52,311 nucleotides of DNA, taken from NCBI GenBank assembly GCA_046724475.1, contig JBKOVK010000317.1:1-52311 (forward strand). The letters are read 5' to 3'. The notes below the pieces were generated by a model that had not been told where the DNA came from, ran no database searches, and saw only the letters and a list, made by a program, of their open reading frames with translations. The first letter of the stretch is position 1. Each line of letters opens with the position of its first letter. The DNA comes from Acidobacteriota bacterium. Its GTDB lineage: Bacteria; Acidobacteriota; Thermoanaerobaculia; UBA5066; Gp7-AA6. Below are positions 1-12,440 of this stretch, in pieces. The translations under genes were made by a program, and so were the position numbers.

Positions 1-1190
1 AGACAGAGCTGCGCGTACTGGTTCTCGGTGAAGATGCGCTCGGATGGTGCGGCCTGGCTCTCTACGAATCGCGCGAGCGTTCGCCAGTCGGCGCGGCCCT
101 CGCGAAAGTAGACGGAGAGTCCGCGCGCGCCGAAGAAGACGCATCCCGCCAGAAGCGCGGCACCGACGACGCGCGTGACGCGCCGCTGGAGGAGGGCCGA
201 GATGGGCAGCGCCGCAAGAATGGATAGAGCGAGGCCGGCCGGAAGATAACGCCGTGTGCCGTACCAGTGCGGATGAAGGCGGCCGAGCACCTCGATCACC
301 GCAAATCCGGCGACGACCCACACGGCGAAAAACCGGGCGCCTCTCCGGCGGGCCGCCAGGATCAGACCCAGGAGGGCGAGCGCCACGTACATCGCCGTCC
401 CGGGCCGGAAGGGCCATCCGTCTTTGGGCGCGAATGCGAAGAACGACAGGACCTGGCCGGCGCGGTGGATCGTCAGTGGTTCCGGCGGCACGGGTGCCGG
501 CCGGCGGGCGGCTTCGAGCACCACGGGCCACCACGGCAGATAGGCGAGCCATAGGGCGAACGCGAACGACGGGCTCCAGATCAGGAACCAGCGCGCGGCG
601 GTGCGGCGCTCGCGGTCCGCGGTGAGCGCGTCTTCGACGAGCAGCGCCAGCGCCGCGATGCCGAGGACCACGGCGGCGAGGTAGAGGCTGTAGGCCGTCG
701 CCAGGCAGAGTACGAAGAGAGTCAGCAGGCGCGGCCAGGAAGGCCGCTGCAGGAACTTGTCGAGCGCGACCATGGAGACGCAGAGAAAGAAGAGGCCGAT
801 CGCGTAGGGTCGGTACTCCTGCGAGTACCGGACGTGAAACGGTGCGACCGCGAGCAGCGCGGCGGCGGTCAGGCCAACGAGCTCTCCGAGCCGTCGGGCG
901 GCGAGAACCGCCACTGCCCAGACCGTGCCGATACCCCAGAGGACCGCCGGAATGCGGCGTAGCCATTCGTCCGGGTGGAGCGCCTCGACGAACCGGTTGA
1001 CGAGGTAGTCGAGCGGAGGATGGACGGCGTCGAATCGCAGAGCCCTCCAGAAGAACTTCCAGGTGCCCCGGACCCAGAAGCCCTCCATCACTTCGTCCAG
1101 GCCGAAAGAGAAGTGATCCAGCCGGTAGATCCGGATGACCGCGGCAGTCAGGAGGATCGCCGCGAGGGCCAGCCGGAAGCGGCGTGACAC
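1..1190 (-). CDS. GT-C fold membrane glycosyltransferase (PMT/ArnT-like), runs off the window's left edge
   Basis: Absent from the ORF track (no stop in window). Manual translation from GTG at 1190 gives MSRRFRLALAAILLTAAVIRIYRLDHFSFGLDEVMEG...DAVHPPLDYLV, with the DE and HPPL motifs of GT-C enzymes, then multiple hydrophobic segments. Confidence 0.8.
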   Translation of the reverse strand, partial: MSRRFRLALAAILLTAAVIRIYRLDHFSFGLDEVMEGFWVRGTWKFFWRALRFDAVHPPLDYLVNRFVEALHPDEWLRRIPAVLWGIGTVWAVAVLAARRLGELVGLTAAALLAVAPFHVRYSQEYRPYAIGLFFLCVSMVALDKFLQRPSWPRLLTLFVLCLATAYSLYLAAVVLGIAALALLVEDALTADRERRTAARWFLIWSPSFAFALWLAYLPWWPVVLEAARRPAPVPPEPLTIHRAGQVLSFFAFAPKDGWPFRPGTAMYVALALLGLILAARRRGARFFAVWVVAGFAVIEVLGRLHPHWYGTRRYLPAGLALSILAALPISALLQRRVTRVVGAALLAGCVFFGARGLSVYFREGRADWRTLARFVESQAAPSERIFTENQYAQLC

Positions 1191-1207
1191 GACGGGAGGA
1201 TATAGCC

Positions 1208-1298
1208 TGTCATTCCGTGCGCAGCGAGGGATCCCGTGCGTTGAGCTCCAACGGCGAACACGCTCGGGATCCCTCGTCGCCCCGCTCCTCGGGAACGG
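1208..1298. repeat. REP-like inverted repeat between divergent genes
   Basis: Perfect 12-bp IR CGAGGGATCCCG (1225-1236) / CGGGATCCCTCG (1265-1276), preceded by TGTCATTCCG. Resembles the GTCATTCCGAGC...GGAATGAC palindromic repeat family. Confidence 0.65.
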
Positions 1299-1318
1299 CT
1301 CAAGTAGACTGCCGCGGT

Positions 1319-1780
1319 TTGGCCGCCGCATCACAGGTCGTTCGATTCAGTCTTGCGCTCTGGGTCGGAGGCACCCTCCTCGTCGCGCTGGCGGCGCCGG
1401 TCGTCTTCGGAAGGATCGCCTCGCGGGACCTCGCCGGCGGGGTCTTCGGTGAAATCCTGCGGCGTTTCGAGATCGTCAAGCAGTTCTTGTCGCTGGCCCT
1501 CGTCATCGGCGTCTTCGTGGAGCTGGAGAACGGCCTCCGTCTTCAGGGCCGTTCGGCCGCCGGAGCCATTGCGATCTTCATCGCGGTCGCGACCAACGTC
1601 TACCTCGCGATGGTCCTCCGGCCGAGGATGGACTACTTCCGGGCGAAAGTCGGCTCCTTCGACGCGGCCGCGCCGGACGATCCGTGGAGGAAGCGATTCG
1701 ATCGTCTTCACCGGCGCGCGACGCGGATCCTGCTGCTCGGCGGCGTCGCGGCCGCCGCCGGACTGGCTTTCTGGAGTTAG
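1319..1780 (+). CDS. DUF4149/TMEM205-like membrane protein
   Basis: Four hydrophobic helices, APxVF..AG.VF..IL near the N-terminus, C-terminal F.RLH. ORF track starts at 1184; TTG 1319 preferred because 1184 runs through the repeat and TAGACT lies 8 nt upstream of 1319. Confidence 0.7.
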   Translation: MAAASQVVRFSLALWVGGTLLVALAAPVVFGRIASRDLAGGVFGEILRRFEIVKQFLSLALVIGVFVELENGLRLQGRSAAGAIAIFIAVATNVYLAMVLRPRMDYFRAKVGSFDAAAPDDPWRKRFDRLHRRATRILLLGGVAAAAGLAFWS

Positions 1781-2157
1781 CCCCGCACGCGGGCGACGAC
1801 GTCGATCTCCACGGCCGCGCCTTTCGGGAGCTCGGCGACCGCTACCGTCGATCGCGCGGGACGGTGGTTTCCGAACCGTTTCGCGTAGACGGCGTTCATC
1901 GCCGCGAAATCCGACATGCGGATCAGGTAAACGGTCGTCTTCACGACGTCGTCCAACCGGCAGCCGGCGGCCGAGAGCACAGCTTCGAGGTTGTCGAACA
2001 CGCGTTCCACGCCGGCCTCGAGGCCGCCCGAGACGAGCTCTCCGGTCGCCGGATCCAGGGGCACCTGTCCGGAGGCGAACAGGAACCCTCCGTCGGAGAC
2101 CGCCTGAGAGTACGGTCCGATGGCTTTCGGGGCACCGTCGCTGGCGATGGTCTTCAT
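1777..2157 (-). CDS. ridA: RidA (YjgF/YER057c/UK114) enamine/imine deaminase
   Basis: APKAIGPYSQA, SGQ, VVKTTVY, MNAVY..F...PARS.V...LP....VEI motifs. Confidence 0.92.
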   Translation of the reverse strand: MKTIASDGAPKAIGPYSQAVSDGGFLFASGQVPLDPATGELVSGGLEAGVERVFDNLEAVLSAAGCRLDDVVKTTVYLIRMSDFAAMNAVYAKRFGNHRPARSTVAVAELPKGAAVEIDVVARVRG

Positions 2158-2219
2158 GGCGTCTCCATCCGTGCGTGCGTATTTCCGGGCTAGAATAGTC
2201 AGAACCGCGGAACAAAACG

Positions 2220-3734
2220 ATGTCCGTCGAGCGAATCCAGCTTCTTCACGAAGACTACATTCGCCTGACCGAGAGGTTCAAGGCGCTCTGGACGTTCCAT
2301 CAGTTCCTGCGAGGCGTCCAGAAGACGTTCTTCGCGACGGAACCGAGCTACGCGCTGGATTTCGGCAAGCTCTACGACGACGTGCGCGCGGTCGCCGGTG
2401 CGATCGACACGACGTCGCCCGAGAAGGTCGCTCCGCGGATCCGGGAGCTCTCCGAGAGGCTCGACACGTTCTCGCGCAAGCTCCGCGAGGCCGATCGCCA
2501 CATCTCGCCGTCCTACGTTCGCCGCTTCTTCGAGAAGGTCCAGCCCCAGGACGAGAAGATCGCCTTCCACCTCCTGCGCTTCTACTTTTCCCAGCCCGAG
2601 GTGGACGAGGACGTCGTGGACAAGGTCGACTTTCTCGCGACGGTCGTGGCCTCGGGGGAGCGCAGGGGCGAGGACGAGCGCCCGCGACCTGACGTGCGCA
2701 AGTTTTTCGAGTCCGCGACCGCGACGTCGGTCTGGCCGCGCCTGGAGTCGACGGCCACTCCCACGATCGTCCGCGCGTTCGAGGAGCTCGCGGCCGACAT
2801 GGCCCGGGCGCAGGAGTTCGAGGACCTGGTCACGGCGCGCCTCCTGAACAATGTGCGGACGCTCAAGCGCCGGGTGGCGAGCGGTCTCTCCAATCCCGAA
2901 GTCCTGACCGCGGTGGCCTCGTGCAACCTGCGGACGAGGTCGGTATTCCATCGCCTCTACGAGCGCGAGGAGCAGAGGCTCGAGGAAGCGACCGACCGGA
3001 TCGCAGACCTGGAGAAGGAGCTGACGCGCGGAGGCCTCGAGGTTCCCACAGCGGAGGAGTTTCGCCGGTTCCACGATTCGCGGCAGCGGTACGAGCGACA
3101 GGCCAAGGAGTCGAACGTCAAGGCGTTGCAGGTTGTCGAGCTGAAGGAGGCGATCGGTCAGGTGCTCGGGCGTTTCGAGCTCGCCGGTCTCGCCGCCGAG
3201 GACATCGACGAGGCGCTCGAGCTCGTCGAGGAAGTCGAAGCCGACGCCACCGACGACGGATTCTGGAAGCCGTACCTCGACCGGGTGCTCGGCGCGGTCG
3301 AGCTGTACGACGACGGGGCGGGAGCTCTCCGCACCGACATCGCGGGCCTGGAGAATCTGCGTCTGGAAACCTGGGAGCTGAAGGCCGCGCGACGGACCGT
3401 GGCCGCCGGCGGGGAGCCGCCAACCGAGCGCGACCGGACGCTGCTGAAGGCGGTGGCGCTGAGACTGAAGGCCGAAGAGGAGACCGAGTCGCTCCGGGCG
3501 GGAGCCCCCGCCTCTCCGGCGCTCGACACGCTCCGCGCGGCCAAGGCGACGCTGGCCCGCGCGCACGCGCTCGACGCCGCCCTCTCGAGCGTGATCGACG
3601 AGGCCGAAGCGGTCAGCTCCTCCGAGGAGATTCGCGCCTGGTCGCGGACGCGCTTCCGGCTCCTGCGCGCGACATCGGATCTCTGGCTGATGCAGGACTC
3701 GCCCCGCAGCGACCGCCGCGAGAGTCGCGGGTAA
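2220..3734 (+). CDS. Hypothetical all-alpha/coiled-coil cytoplasmic protein (504 aa)
   Basis: Long ORF with host-like codon usage, TAGAAT -10 at 2191-2196, no signal peptide, no motif I recognise. Confidence 0.8.
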   Translation: MSVERIQLLHEDYIRLTERFKALWTFHQFLRGVQKTFFATEPSYALDFGKLYDDVRAVAGAIDTTSPEKVAPRIRELSERLDTFSRKLREADRHISPSYVRRFFEKVQPQDEKIAFHLLRFYFSQPEVDEDVVDKVDFLATVVASGERRGEDERPRPDVRKFFESATATSVWPRLESTATPTIVRAFEELAADMARAQEFEDLVTARLLNNVRTLKRRVASGLSNPEVLTAVASCNLRTRSVFHRLYEREEQRLEEATDRIADLEKELTRGGLEVPTAEEFRRFHDSRQRYERQAKESNVKALQVVELKEAIGQVLGRFELAGLAAEDIDEALELVEEVEADATDDGFWKPYLDRVLGAVELYDDGAGALRTDIAGLENLRLETWELKAARRTVAAGGEPPTERDRTLLKAVALRLKAEEETESLRAGAPASPALDTLRAAKATLARAHALDAALSSVIDEAEAVSSSEEIRAWSRTRFRLLRATSDLWLMQDSPRSDRRESRG

Positions 3735-3776
3735 ACTCCCGGACCTTCTCGCCTCCGCCCATATACTCCCGGTTCG

Positions 3777-5318
<1,542 letters not shown>

Positions 5319-5319
5319 A

Positions 5320-6485
5320 TTGCGCTTCGAGACGTTCGTCGCGCTGCGCTACCTGACGACGTCGCGGCGGCGGGCCCACGTCGCGCTGATCGCGCTGATC
5401 TCGATCGTGGGGATCGCGGTGGGCGTGATGGCCCTCATCGTCTCGCTGGCTCTGCTGTCGGGCTTCCAGGACCGGATCCGCACCCAGATGATGGAGAAGA
5501 GCGCGCATCTGCGGGTCTCGCCGGCACGTGGTGACCGCCTGGCCGACCCGGGGAAGGTGGCGCGCGCGCTCACGGGGATTCCGGGCTTCGTCTCCGCGGG
5601 TCCCGCGATCGAGGGGCGCGGCTGGGCGACGGACCTCGAGGGGACGTCCGGTTTCTTCATCCGGTATCGCAACGGCGGAGCGAAACCGGCGGCCGAGGGC
5701 TCCGACGCGCGGATCACGAGCTCACTCGCCGCCCGGCTGCGCCTCAACAGCGGCGACATGTTCCGCGTGATCTCGTCGCGAACGCGCCTTTCGCCGATCG
5801 GGCCGATCCCGGTCGCCGTTCTCCTGCGTGTTTCCGAGGTCTTCGGCTCGAGCGGGCTCTCCCGTAGCGCCGACGTCGAGGTCTCGGACGACACGGCCCG
5901 CGTGCTGTCGGGGATCGCAGAAGGCGCCGGAGCCTGGGAAGCCCGGCTCGCGGATCCGCGCAAGGCCGACGCCGCCGCCGAGGCCGCCCGCGCGACCCTG
6001 GGCCCCGGATACGTCGTCGAGACCTGGCGCGAGCTCAACGCGCCGCTCGCGTTCGCGTTGCGCCTGGAGAAAGTCGTGATCTTCGCGACGATCGCTCTCA
6101 TCATCGTGGTCGCGGCGCTGAACATCGTTTCCAACATCGCTCTGACCGTGATCGAGAAGAAGCGAGACCTCGGCGTCTTCACGTCGATGGGTGCGACGCC
6201 GACCTCTCTCCAGCGCGTCTACCTGACGCTGGGCGCGGTCATCGGCGTCGTGGGCACCTCGATCGGTGTGGTGCTCGGCGTCGGCCTGTCGCTGACGGCC
6301 GACCGCTTCCAGATCGTGCCGCTGCCCTCCGACGTCTACGTCATGACGCACGTCCCTTTTGCCGTTCATGGCGCGGAGGTCGCCGCGGTTGCCGTCTTCG
6401 CCCTGGCCACCGCGATGCTCGCCTCGGTCCTGCCCGCGCGTGCCGCCGCGCGGCTGGCCCCGGGCGAGGCGATACGGCTCTCGCG

Positions 6486-6489
<4 letters not shown>
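5320..6489 (+). CDS. lolE: Lipoprotein-releasing ABC transporter permease LolC/E (LolF-like)
   Basis: MRFETFVALRYL start, ISIVGIAVGVMALIV TM1, FtsX C-terminal domain, PARAAARL.P.EAIR end. Confidence 0.88.
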
Positions 6490-7184
<695 letters not shown>

Positions 7185-7226
7185 GCGCCGAGCTTCCGAG
7201 CTTCCCTGCCATGGCCGATCCCACCC

Positions 7227-9659
7227 ATGTTTGAGAAATACAACGAGAAGGCCCGGCGCGCCCTGTTCTTCGCCCGCTACGAGGCGTCGAAGCTCGGCTC
7301 CAAGGTGATCGAGTCCGAGCACCTGCTGCTCGGCATCCTCCGCGAGGGCGAGGACATCATCAAGGAGATCTTCGCCCGCTTCAACGTCAAGCCCGAGGAC
7401 GTGCGGCGCGAGATCGAAGGCGACCGGATCTTCGTCGAGAGGATCTCCTCGACCGCGGAGCTCCCGCTGTCGGAAGAGTCCAAGAAGATCCTGGCCTACG
7501 CCTCCCACGAGGCCGAGTCGATGATGCACCCCTACGTGGGAACCGAGCATCTCCTGATCGGTCTGCTCCGCGTGGACGGGTGCGTGGCCGGCCGGCTCCT
7601 GACGGCGCGCGGCTTCAACCTCTACGGCGTGCGCGAGGAGACCATCTCGCTGATCAAGGAGCGGGAGGTCTCGAAGCAGAAGAAAGAGCTTCCGTTTTTA
7701 GCCGAGTACAGCCGCGACCTCACGCAGCTGGCCGGCTCGGGCACCTTCGATCCGCTGATCGGGCGCGAAAAGGAAGTCGAGCGGATCATCCAGATCCTCT
7801 CGCGCCGGACGAAGAACAACCCGATCCTCCTCGGCGAGCCCGGCGTCGGAAAGACGGCGATCGTCGAAGGACTCGCGACGCGGATCGTCGAGGGCGCGGT
7901 CCCGATGTTCCTCTCGTCGAAGAAAATCCTGGCCCTGGACCTCTCGCTGATCGTGGCGGGCACGAAATACCGCGGCCAGTTCGAGGAGCGCTTGAAGGGG
8001 ATCATCCGCGAGCTCCGCGAGAACCCCGACCTGATCATCTTCATCGACGAGATCCACTCGCTGATCGGCGCGGGCTCGGCCGAAGGCTCCCTCGACGCCG
8101 CCAACATCCTCAAGCCCGCGCTCTCGCGCGGCGAAGTCTCGTGCATCGGCGCGACGACGCTGAAGGAGTACCGCAAGTACATCGAGAAGGACCGCAGCCT
8201 CCTGCGCCGCTTCCAGGCGATCCACGTGACCGCTCCGTCGGAGAACGAAACCTTCGAGATCCTCGAGGGTGTAAAGGACCGGTACGAGCAGTTCCACAAG
8301 GTCCGCTACTCGGCCGAAGCGATCAAGACGGCCGTATATCAGTCCAACCGCTACATCACCGACCGCTTCTTCCCGGACAAGGCGATCGACATCCTCGACG
8401 AGGCCGGCGCCAAGGTGAAGTTGAAGCGGGTGGCCGACACGCAGAACCTGCGCAAGCTCGAGCTTGAGATTCGCCAGATCGTCAAGGAGATGAAGAAGGC
8501 GATCTCGGACAAGGATTTCGAGAAAGCCGTGTTTCTGCGCGAGCGGGAGATCGAGCTGAAGGAAGAGATCGAGCGCGCCAAAGCCCAGACCGCGGAGCGC
8601 AGCGAGGCGACCCAGGAGGTCACGCGCCGCGACATCGAAGAGATCATCTCCTCCTGGACGGGGATCCCCGTGGCGTCGCTCGAGATGGAGGAGGCCGAGA
8701 AGCTCCTCCACATGGAGGACGCGTTGCGGCGGCGGATCGTCGGCCAGGAAGCCGCGATCGTCGGCGTGTCCAAGGCGATCCGGCGCTCGCGCCTGGGCGT
8801 CAACAACCCGAACCGCCCGATGGGGTCGTTCATCTTCCTCGGGCCTTCCGGGGTCGGCAAGACCGAGGTGGCGCGCCGGCTTGCGGAATTCCTCTTCGAG
8901 AATCAGCGGTCGCTCGTGCGGTTCGACATGTCCGAGTACATGGAGAAGCACGCGGTCTCCAAGCTCATCGGCTCGCCCCCGGGCTACGTCGGCCACGAAG
9001 AGGGCGGACAGCTGACGGAGAGGATCCGCCGGAATCCCTACAGCGTCATCCTCTTCGACGAGATCGAGAAGGCGCACCCCGACATCGCCAACCTGCTTCT
9101 CCAGATCCTGGAGGACGGGATTCTCACGGATGCCTACGGCAACCTGGTGGATTTCAAGAACACGCTCATCATCATGACCTCCAACATCGGGACCAAGCAC
9201 CTCGTCAACCGCACGCGCGTGGGCTTCGGAGGGTCGCGGGAAGCCCAGAGCAGCAAGGAGATCGAGGACCTGGTGTTGAAGGAGCTGCGGCGGGATTTCT
9301 CGCCGGAGTTCATCAACCGTATCGACGACATCATCGTCTTCCACCCCCTCGGACGTCCGGAGCTCGCCCGGATCTGCCGCCTGCTGATCGACGACGTCAA
9401 CGCGACGATCGCGCCCAAGGGCGCCACGATCGACGCCGACGACGCCGCGATCGAGTGGCTCCTGGCGCAGAGCGGGGAGGATCCGAACATGGGCGCCCGG
9501 CCGCTTCGGCGAGCGATCCAGAAGCACGTCGAAGACCCCGTCTCCGAGCTTCTGATCGCCGCACGGGAGGAGCGCGTGGAGGCGATCGAGGTCCGAGTCG
9601 GTCCCGAAGGGCTGCGTGTCACGGCGCGCGAGAGCGAGCCGATCGCCCAGGGCCGGTAG
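7227..9659 (+). CDS. clpC: ATP-dependent Clp protease ATP-binding subunit ClpC
   Basis: Clp N-repeats, two Walker A motifs (GEPGVGKT, GPSGVGKT), KYRGQFE pore loop, UVR-type middle domain, GSPPGYVGHEEGG, VGF ClpP-docking loop. Confidence 0.95.
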   Translation: MFEKYNEKARRALFFARYEASKLGSKVIESEHLLLGILREGEDIIKEIFARFNVKPEDVRREIEGDRIFVERISSTAELPLSEESKKILAYASHEAESMMHPYVGTEHLLIGLLRVDGCVAGRLLTARGFNLYGVREETISLIKEREVSKQKKELPFLAEYSRDLTQLAGSGTFDPLIGREKEVERIIQILSRRTKNNPILLGEPGVGKTAIVEGLATRIVEGAVPMFLSSKKILALDLSLIVAGTKYRGQFEERLKGIIRELRENPDLIIFIDEIHSLIGAGSAEGSLDAANILKPALSRGEVSCIGATTLKEYRKYIEKDRSLLRRFQAIHVTAPSENETFEILEGVKDRYEQFHKVRYSAEAIKTAVYQSNRYITDRFFPDKAIDILDEAGAKVKLKRVADTQNLRKLELEIRQIVKEMKKAISDKDFEKAVFLREREIELKEEIERAKAQTAERSEATQEVTRRDIEEIISSWTGIPVASLEMEEAEKLLHMEDALRRRIVGQEAAIVGVSKAIRRSRLGVNNPNRPMGSFIFLGPSGVGKTEVARRLAEFLFENQRSLVRFDMSEYMEKHAVSKLIGSPPGYVGHEEGGQLTERIRRNPYSVILFDEIEKAHPDIANLLLQILEDGILTDAYGNLVDFKNTLIIMTSNIGTKHLVNRTRVGFGGSREAQSSKEIEDLVLKELRRDFSPEFINRIDDIIVFHPLGRPELARICRLLIDDVNATIAPKGATIDADDAAIEWLLAQSGEDPNMGARPLRRAIQKHVEDPVSELLIAAREERVEAIEVRVGPEGLRVTARESEPIAQGR

Positions 9660-12201
9660 CGGGGTACGCTCGGGTCCGCTCGTCGCCGCGTGGATCGCGG
9701 CGGCGGCGGTCGCTGCCAGCGTGGCGCGGGCCCAGGCGCCGCCGTCGCCGACTCCTCCTCCCGAGTTGCCCACGCCCCCGCCGGCCCTACCGGTGGTGCC
9801 CCTTCAGATTCCTCCGTCCGAGACCGCCCCGCCGGCGCCGACGGGGGAGCGGATCATCGGCATCCGCGTGGTGGGCTACCAGACGGTGTCGCCGGACACC
9901 ATCGCCCACTACCTGGGCATCAAGGTCGGCGAGCCCTACGACCCCGAGGTCATCAAGAAGAACTTCCCGGCTCTCTGGGAGGTCGGGCTTCTCGAGAACG
10001 CGCGGATCGAAGCCGAGCGCGGTCCCGACGGCGTGACGCTGGTCGTCACCATCGAAGAACGGCCGATCGTCAAGGAAGTCGAATTCGAGGGCAACAAGAA
10101 GCTCTCGACTTCCCAGATCAAGGACGCTCTCAAGGAGAGCAAGATCGAGATCCACGCCGGCGCGCCGCTGTCTCTGCGGGACATCGCGCGCGCACGCTCC
10201 GGAATCGCCGACTTCTACCTGGCCAACGGCTTCCGCAGCGCCACCGTCGAATACAAGGTCGAGGACATCTCCAAGACCGAGAAGAAGGTCGTCTTTCTCA
10301 TCGATGAGGGCGAGAAGGTCAAGATCGAATCGATCCAGTTCACCGGCAACGCCCACGTGTCCGCGCAGGCGCTGCGCAACGCCATGACGAAAACGAAAGT
10401 GGCGGTCTTCTGGCGCTTCCTGTCCGATAACACGGTTTACAACCAGGCCAACTACGAGGCCGACGTCGAGAGCATCAAGAACCTGTACCAGTCCAAGGGC
10501 TACAAGGACGTCGTCATCAAGGACGCCATCCTGGACGTCTACGTCGTCAATCCCAACGCGGATCCCAAGAAGATCAAGCGGAGGGTCCGCATCACGATCC
10601 CGATCGTCGAGGGCGACAAGTTCTACACCAACGACATCACGATCACCGCCGTCCAGCAGAACGGCCAGCCCACGGAAACCGGCCAGACGACGGTGTTCCC
10701 GCCCCAAGAGCTCAAGAAGCTCTTCTTCGAGCTCAAGCCAGGCACGGTCCTCAACCGGGACCGCTTGGTGGAAGCCCTCGCTGGGATCGAGACGAAGTAC
10801 AAGTCGCGCGGATACGTCTACGCATTTCCGGATCCCCAGTTCATCGAGGTCGGCGATCACCGCGTGGACGTCAACGTCAAGATCTTCGAGGGTGAGAAGT
10901 TCTACCTCGGGCGCCTCGAGGTCGCGGGCAACACCAACACGCGGGACAAGGTTATCCGCCGCGAGTTCGCGCTGGACGAGGGCGACGTCTTCGACATGGA
11001 CGCCGTCAAGAAGAGCGTCACCAAGATCCAGCAGCTGGGTTACTTCAAGATGGCCGAGGAGCCCCAGTTCACGCCGCGCCCGGAGGAGAAGAAGATCGAC
11101 GTCCTGATCAAGGGCCAGGAGACCTCGCGCAACGAGATCCAGTTCGGCGCCGGGTACTCGGGATTCGACGGCTTCTTCGGCCAGTTCTCCTTCCAGACGC
11201 GCAACTTCCTCGGCCGCGGCGAGATCATCGGCGCCTCCGCGCAGCTGGGCAAGGTCTCGAACTTCTTCGACCTGTCGTACACGGTTCCCTGGTTCATGGA
11301 CAAGAACCAGTCCGTGGGCGTTTCGCTCTTCCGCCGCAACGTGGATTACCTGTCGCAGGAGGAGAAGCGGCTGGGAGGCTCAATCTTCTACGCCAAGGGG
11401 ATCGGCCTCTTCGATTCGGCCTCGATCCTGTATTCGTACGAAGACATCACCGCCAACTTCCCGGTGCGCAGCGCCCCCACGCCTCCGGGTCAGCCGCCTC
11501 CGCCGACGAAGTTCACCGAGACCAAGGGCACGACGTCGTCCTTCACGCCGGGCTACCGGTACGACAGCCGGAACGATCCGTTCGACCCGACCCGGGGACT
11601 GCGGCTTTCGGCCTCCGTGCAGATCGCTCCGAGCCTGCTGGGCGGAACGAGCTCGTTCATCAAGACGATCGGGGGAGGAACCATCTACCTCCCGGTGCGC
11701 ATCCCGCGGGGCGCGGTTCTCGCCTTGAACGCCGAGATCGGCTACGCCGGCGCGTTCAACAGCGTCGAGCTCCCGATCTTCGAGAGGTTCCAGCTCGGAG
11801 GCGAGCAGAGTCTGCGAGGGTTCCAGCAGGGCGCCATCGTCCCCGTCAACCCCAAGACCTACGAGGTCTTCACGGACCCGGTGGGGCGCGTGCTCGGCGG
11901 AAACAAGTTCTTCGTCTTCAACGTCGAATACCAGTTCATCTCGATCGGGCCCGCCAAGCTGCTGGCCTTCCTCGACGTCGGGAACAACTACTTCGACACG
12001 CAGGGGTTCGACCTGTCCTGGGTGCGTTCGTCCGCGGGCGCGGAGCTGCGCATCTTCCTGCCGATCTTCCAGGCTCCGCTCAGGTTCATCTACGCCTTCA
12101 ACCTCCATCCGATCCAGCCCATCGACCAGTACGGGTTCCCGATCAGCTATCTGACCGAAAAACCGTCCGGATTCACTTTTTCGATCGGCCGGACGTTTTA
12201 A
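9616..12201 (+). CDS. bamA: Outer membrane protein assembly factor BamA
   Basis: POTRA repeats (GN...T.DKVIRRE, QLGYF), LRGF loop motif, beta-barrel ending FTFSIGRTF; followed by skp-lpxD. Confidence 0.95.
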   Translation: MSRRARASRSPRAGSGVRSGPLVAAWIAAAAVAASVARAQAPPSPTPPPELPTPPPALPVVPLQIPPSETAPPAPTGERIIGIRVVGYQTVSPDTIAHYLGIKVGEPYDPEVIKKNFPALWEVGLLENARIEAERGPDGVTLVVTIEERPIVKEVEFEGNKKLSTSQIKDALKESKIEIHAGAPLSLRDIARARSGIADFYLANGFRSATVEYKVEDISKTEKKVVFLIDEGEKVKIESIQFTGNAHVSAQALRNAMTKTKVAVFWRFLSDNTVYNQANYEADVESIKNLYQSKGYKDVVIKDAILDVYVVNPNADPKKIKRRVRITIPIVEGDKFYTNDITITAVQQNGQPTETGQTTVFPPQELKKLFFELKPGTVLNRDRLVEALAGIETKYKSRGYVYAFPDPQFIEVGDHRVDVNVKIFEGEKFYLGRLEVAGNTNTRDKVIRREFALDEGDVFDMDAVKKSVTKIQQLGYFKMAEEPQFTPRPEEKKIDVLIKGQETSRNEIQFGAGYSGFDGFFGQFSFQTRNFLGRGEIIGASAQLGKVSNFFDLSYTVPWFMDKNQSVGVSLFRRNVDYLSQEEKRLGGSIFYAKGIGLFDSASILYSYEDITANFPVRSAPTPPGQPPPPTKFTETKGTTSSFTPGYRYDSRNDPFDPTRGLRLSASVQIAPSLLGGTSSFIKTIGGGTIYLPVRIPRGAVLALNAEIGYAGAFNSVELPIFERFQLGGEQSLRGFQQGAIVPVNPKTYEVFTDPVGRVLGGNKFFVFNVEYQFISIGPAKLLAFLDVGNNYFDTQGFDLSWVRSSAGAELRIFLPIFQAPLRFIYAFNLHPIQPIDQYGFPISYLTEKPSGFTFSIGRTF

Positions 12202-12431
12202 AGCGCGCGACCCGCGCGCAAGGGGGAGGGGAAGTCGCAAGGGTTCCCTCTCCCAGGATTCGACGGTGATACGGCAGACCGTACGACTGGAGCCCCCGGG
12301 CGCCTCGACGGCCCGGAAATGAGAGGGGAGGTCTCGTAGGGACCCTCTCCCTAGACAAGAACGGTGCTTTGGAAGGCAGCGGGAGTCGGAATTGTGGCTC
12401 CAAGCAGGCTGTTACCGGAGACCGCGGTTTT

Positions 12432-12440
12432 TGCTACACT
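12432..12440 (+). promoter_or_regulatory. Putative extended -10 (TGcTACACT) for skp
   Basis: TGnTAnnnT motif about 50 nt upstream of ATG 12492; SD AAGGAG at 12481-12486. Confidence 0.5.

Noticed and set aside
254-1452. Plus-strand ORFs 254..625, 267..554, 975..1187 and 1135..1452
   Set aside because: Antisense to the GT-C gene or running through the repeat; implausible composition.
12355-12430. Possible c-di-GMP-I riboswitch (GGCAGCGGG..., GTTACCG) or 6S RNA upstream of skp
   Set aside because: The GGCAAAC and GACGCAAAGC core is missing and there is no long 6S-like rod; kept only as an unassigned structured region.
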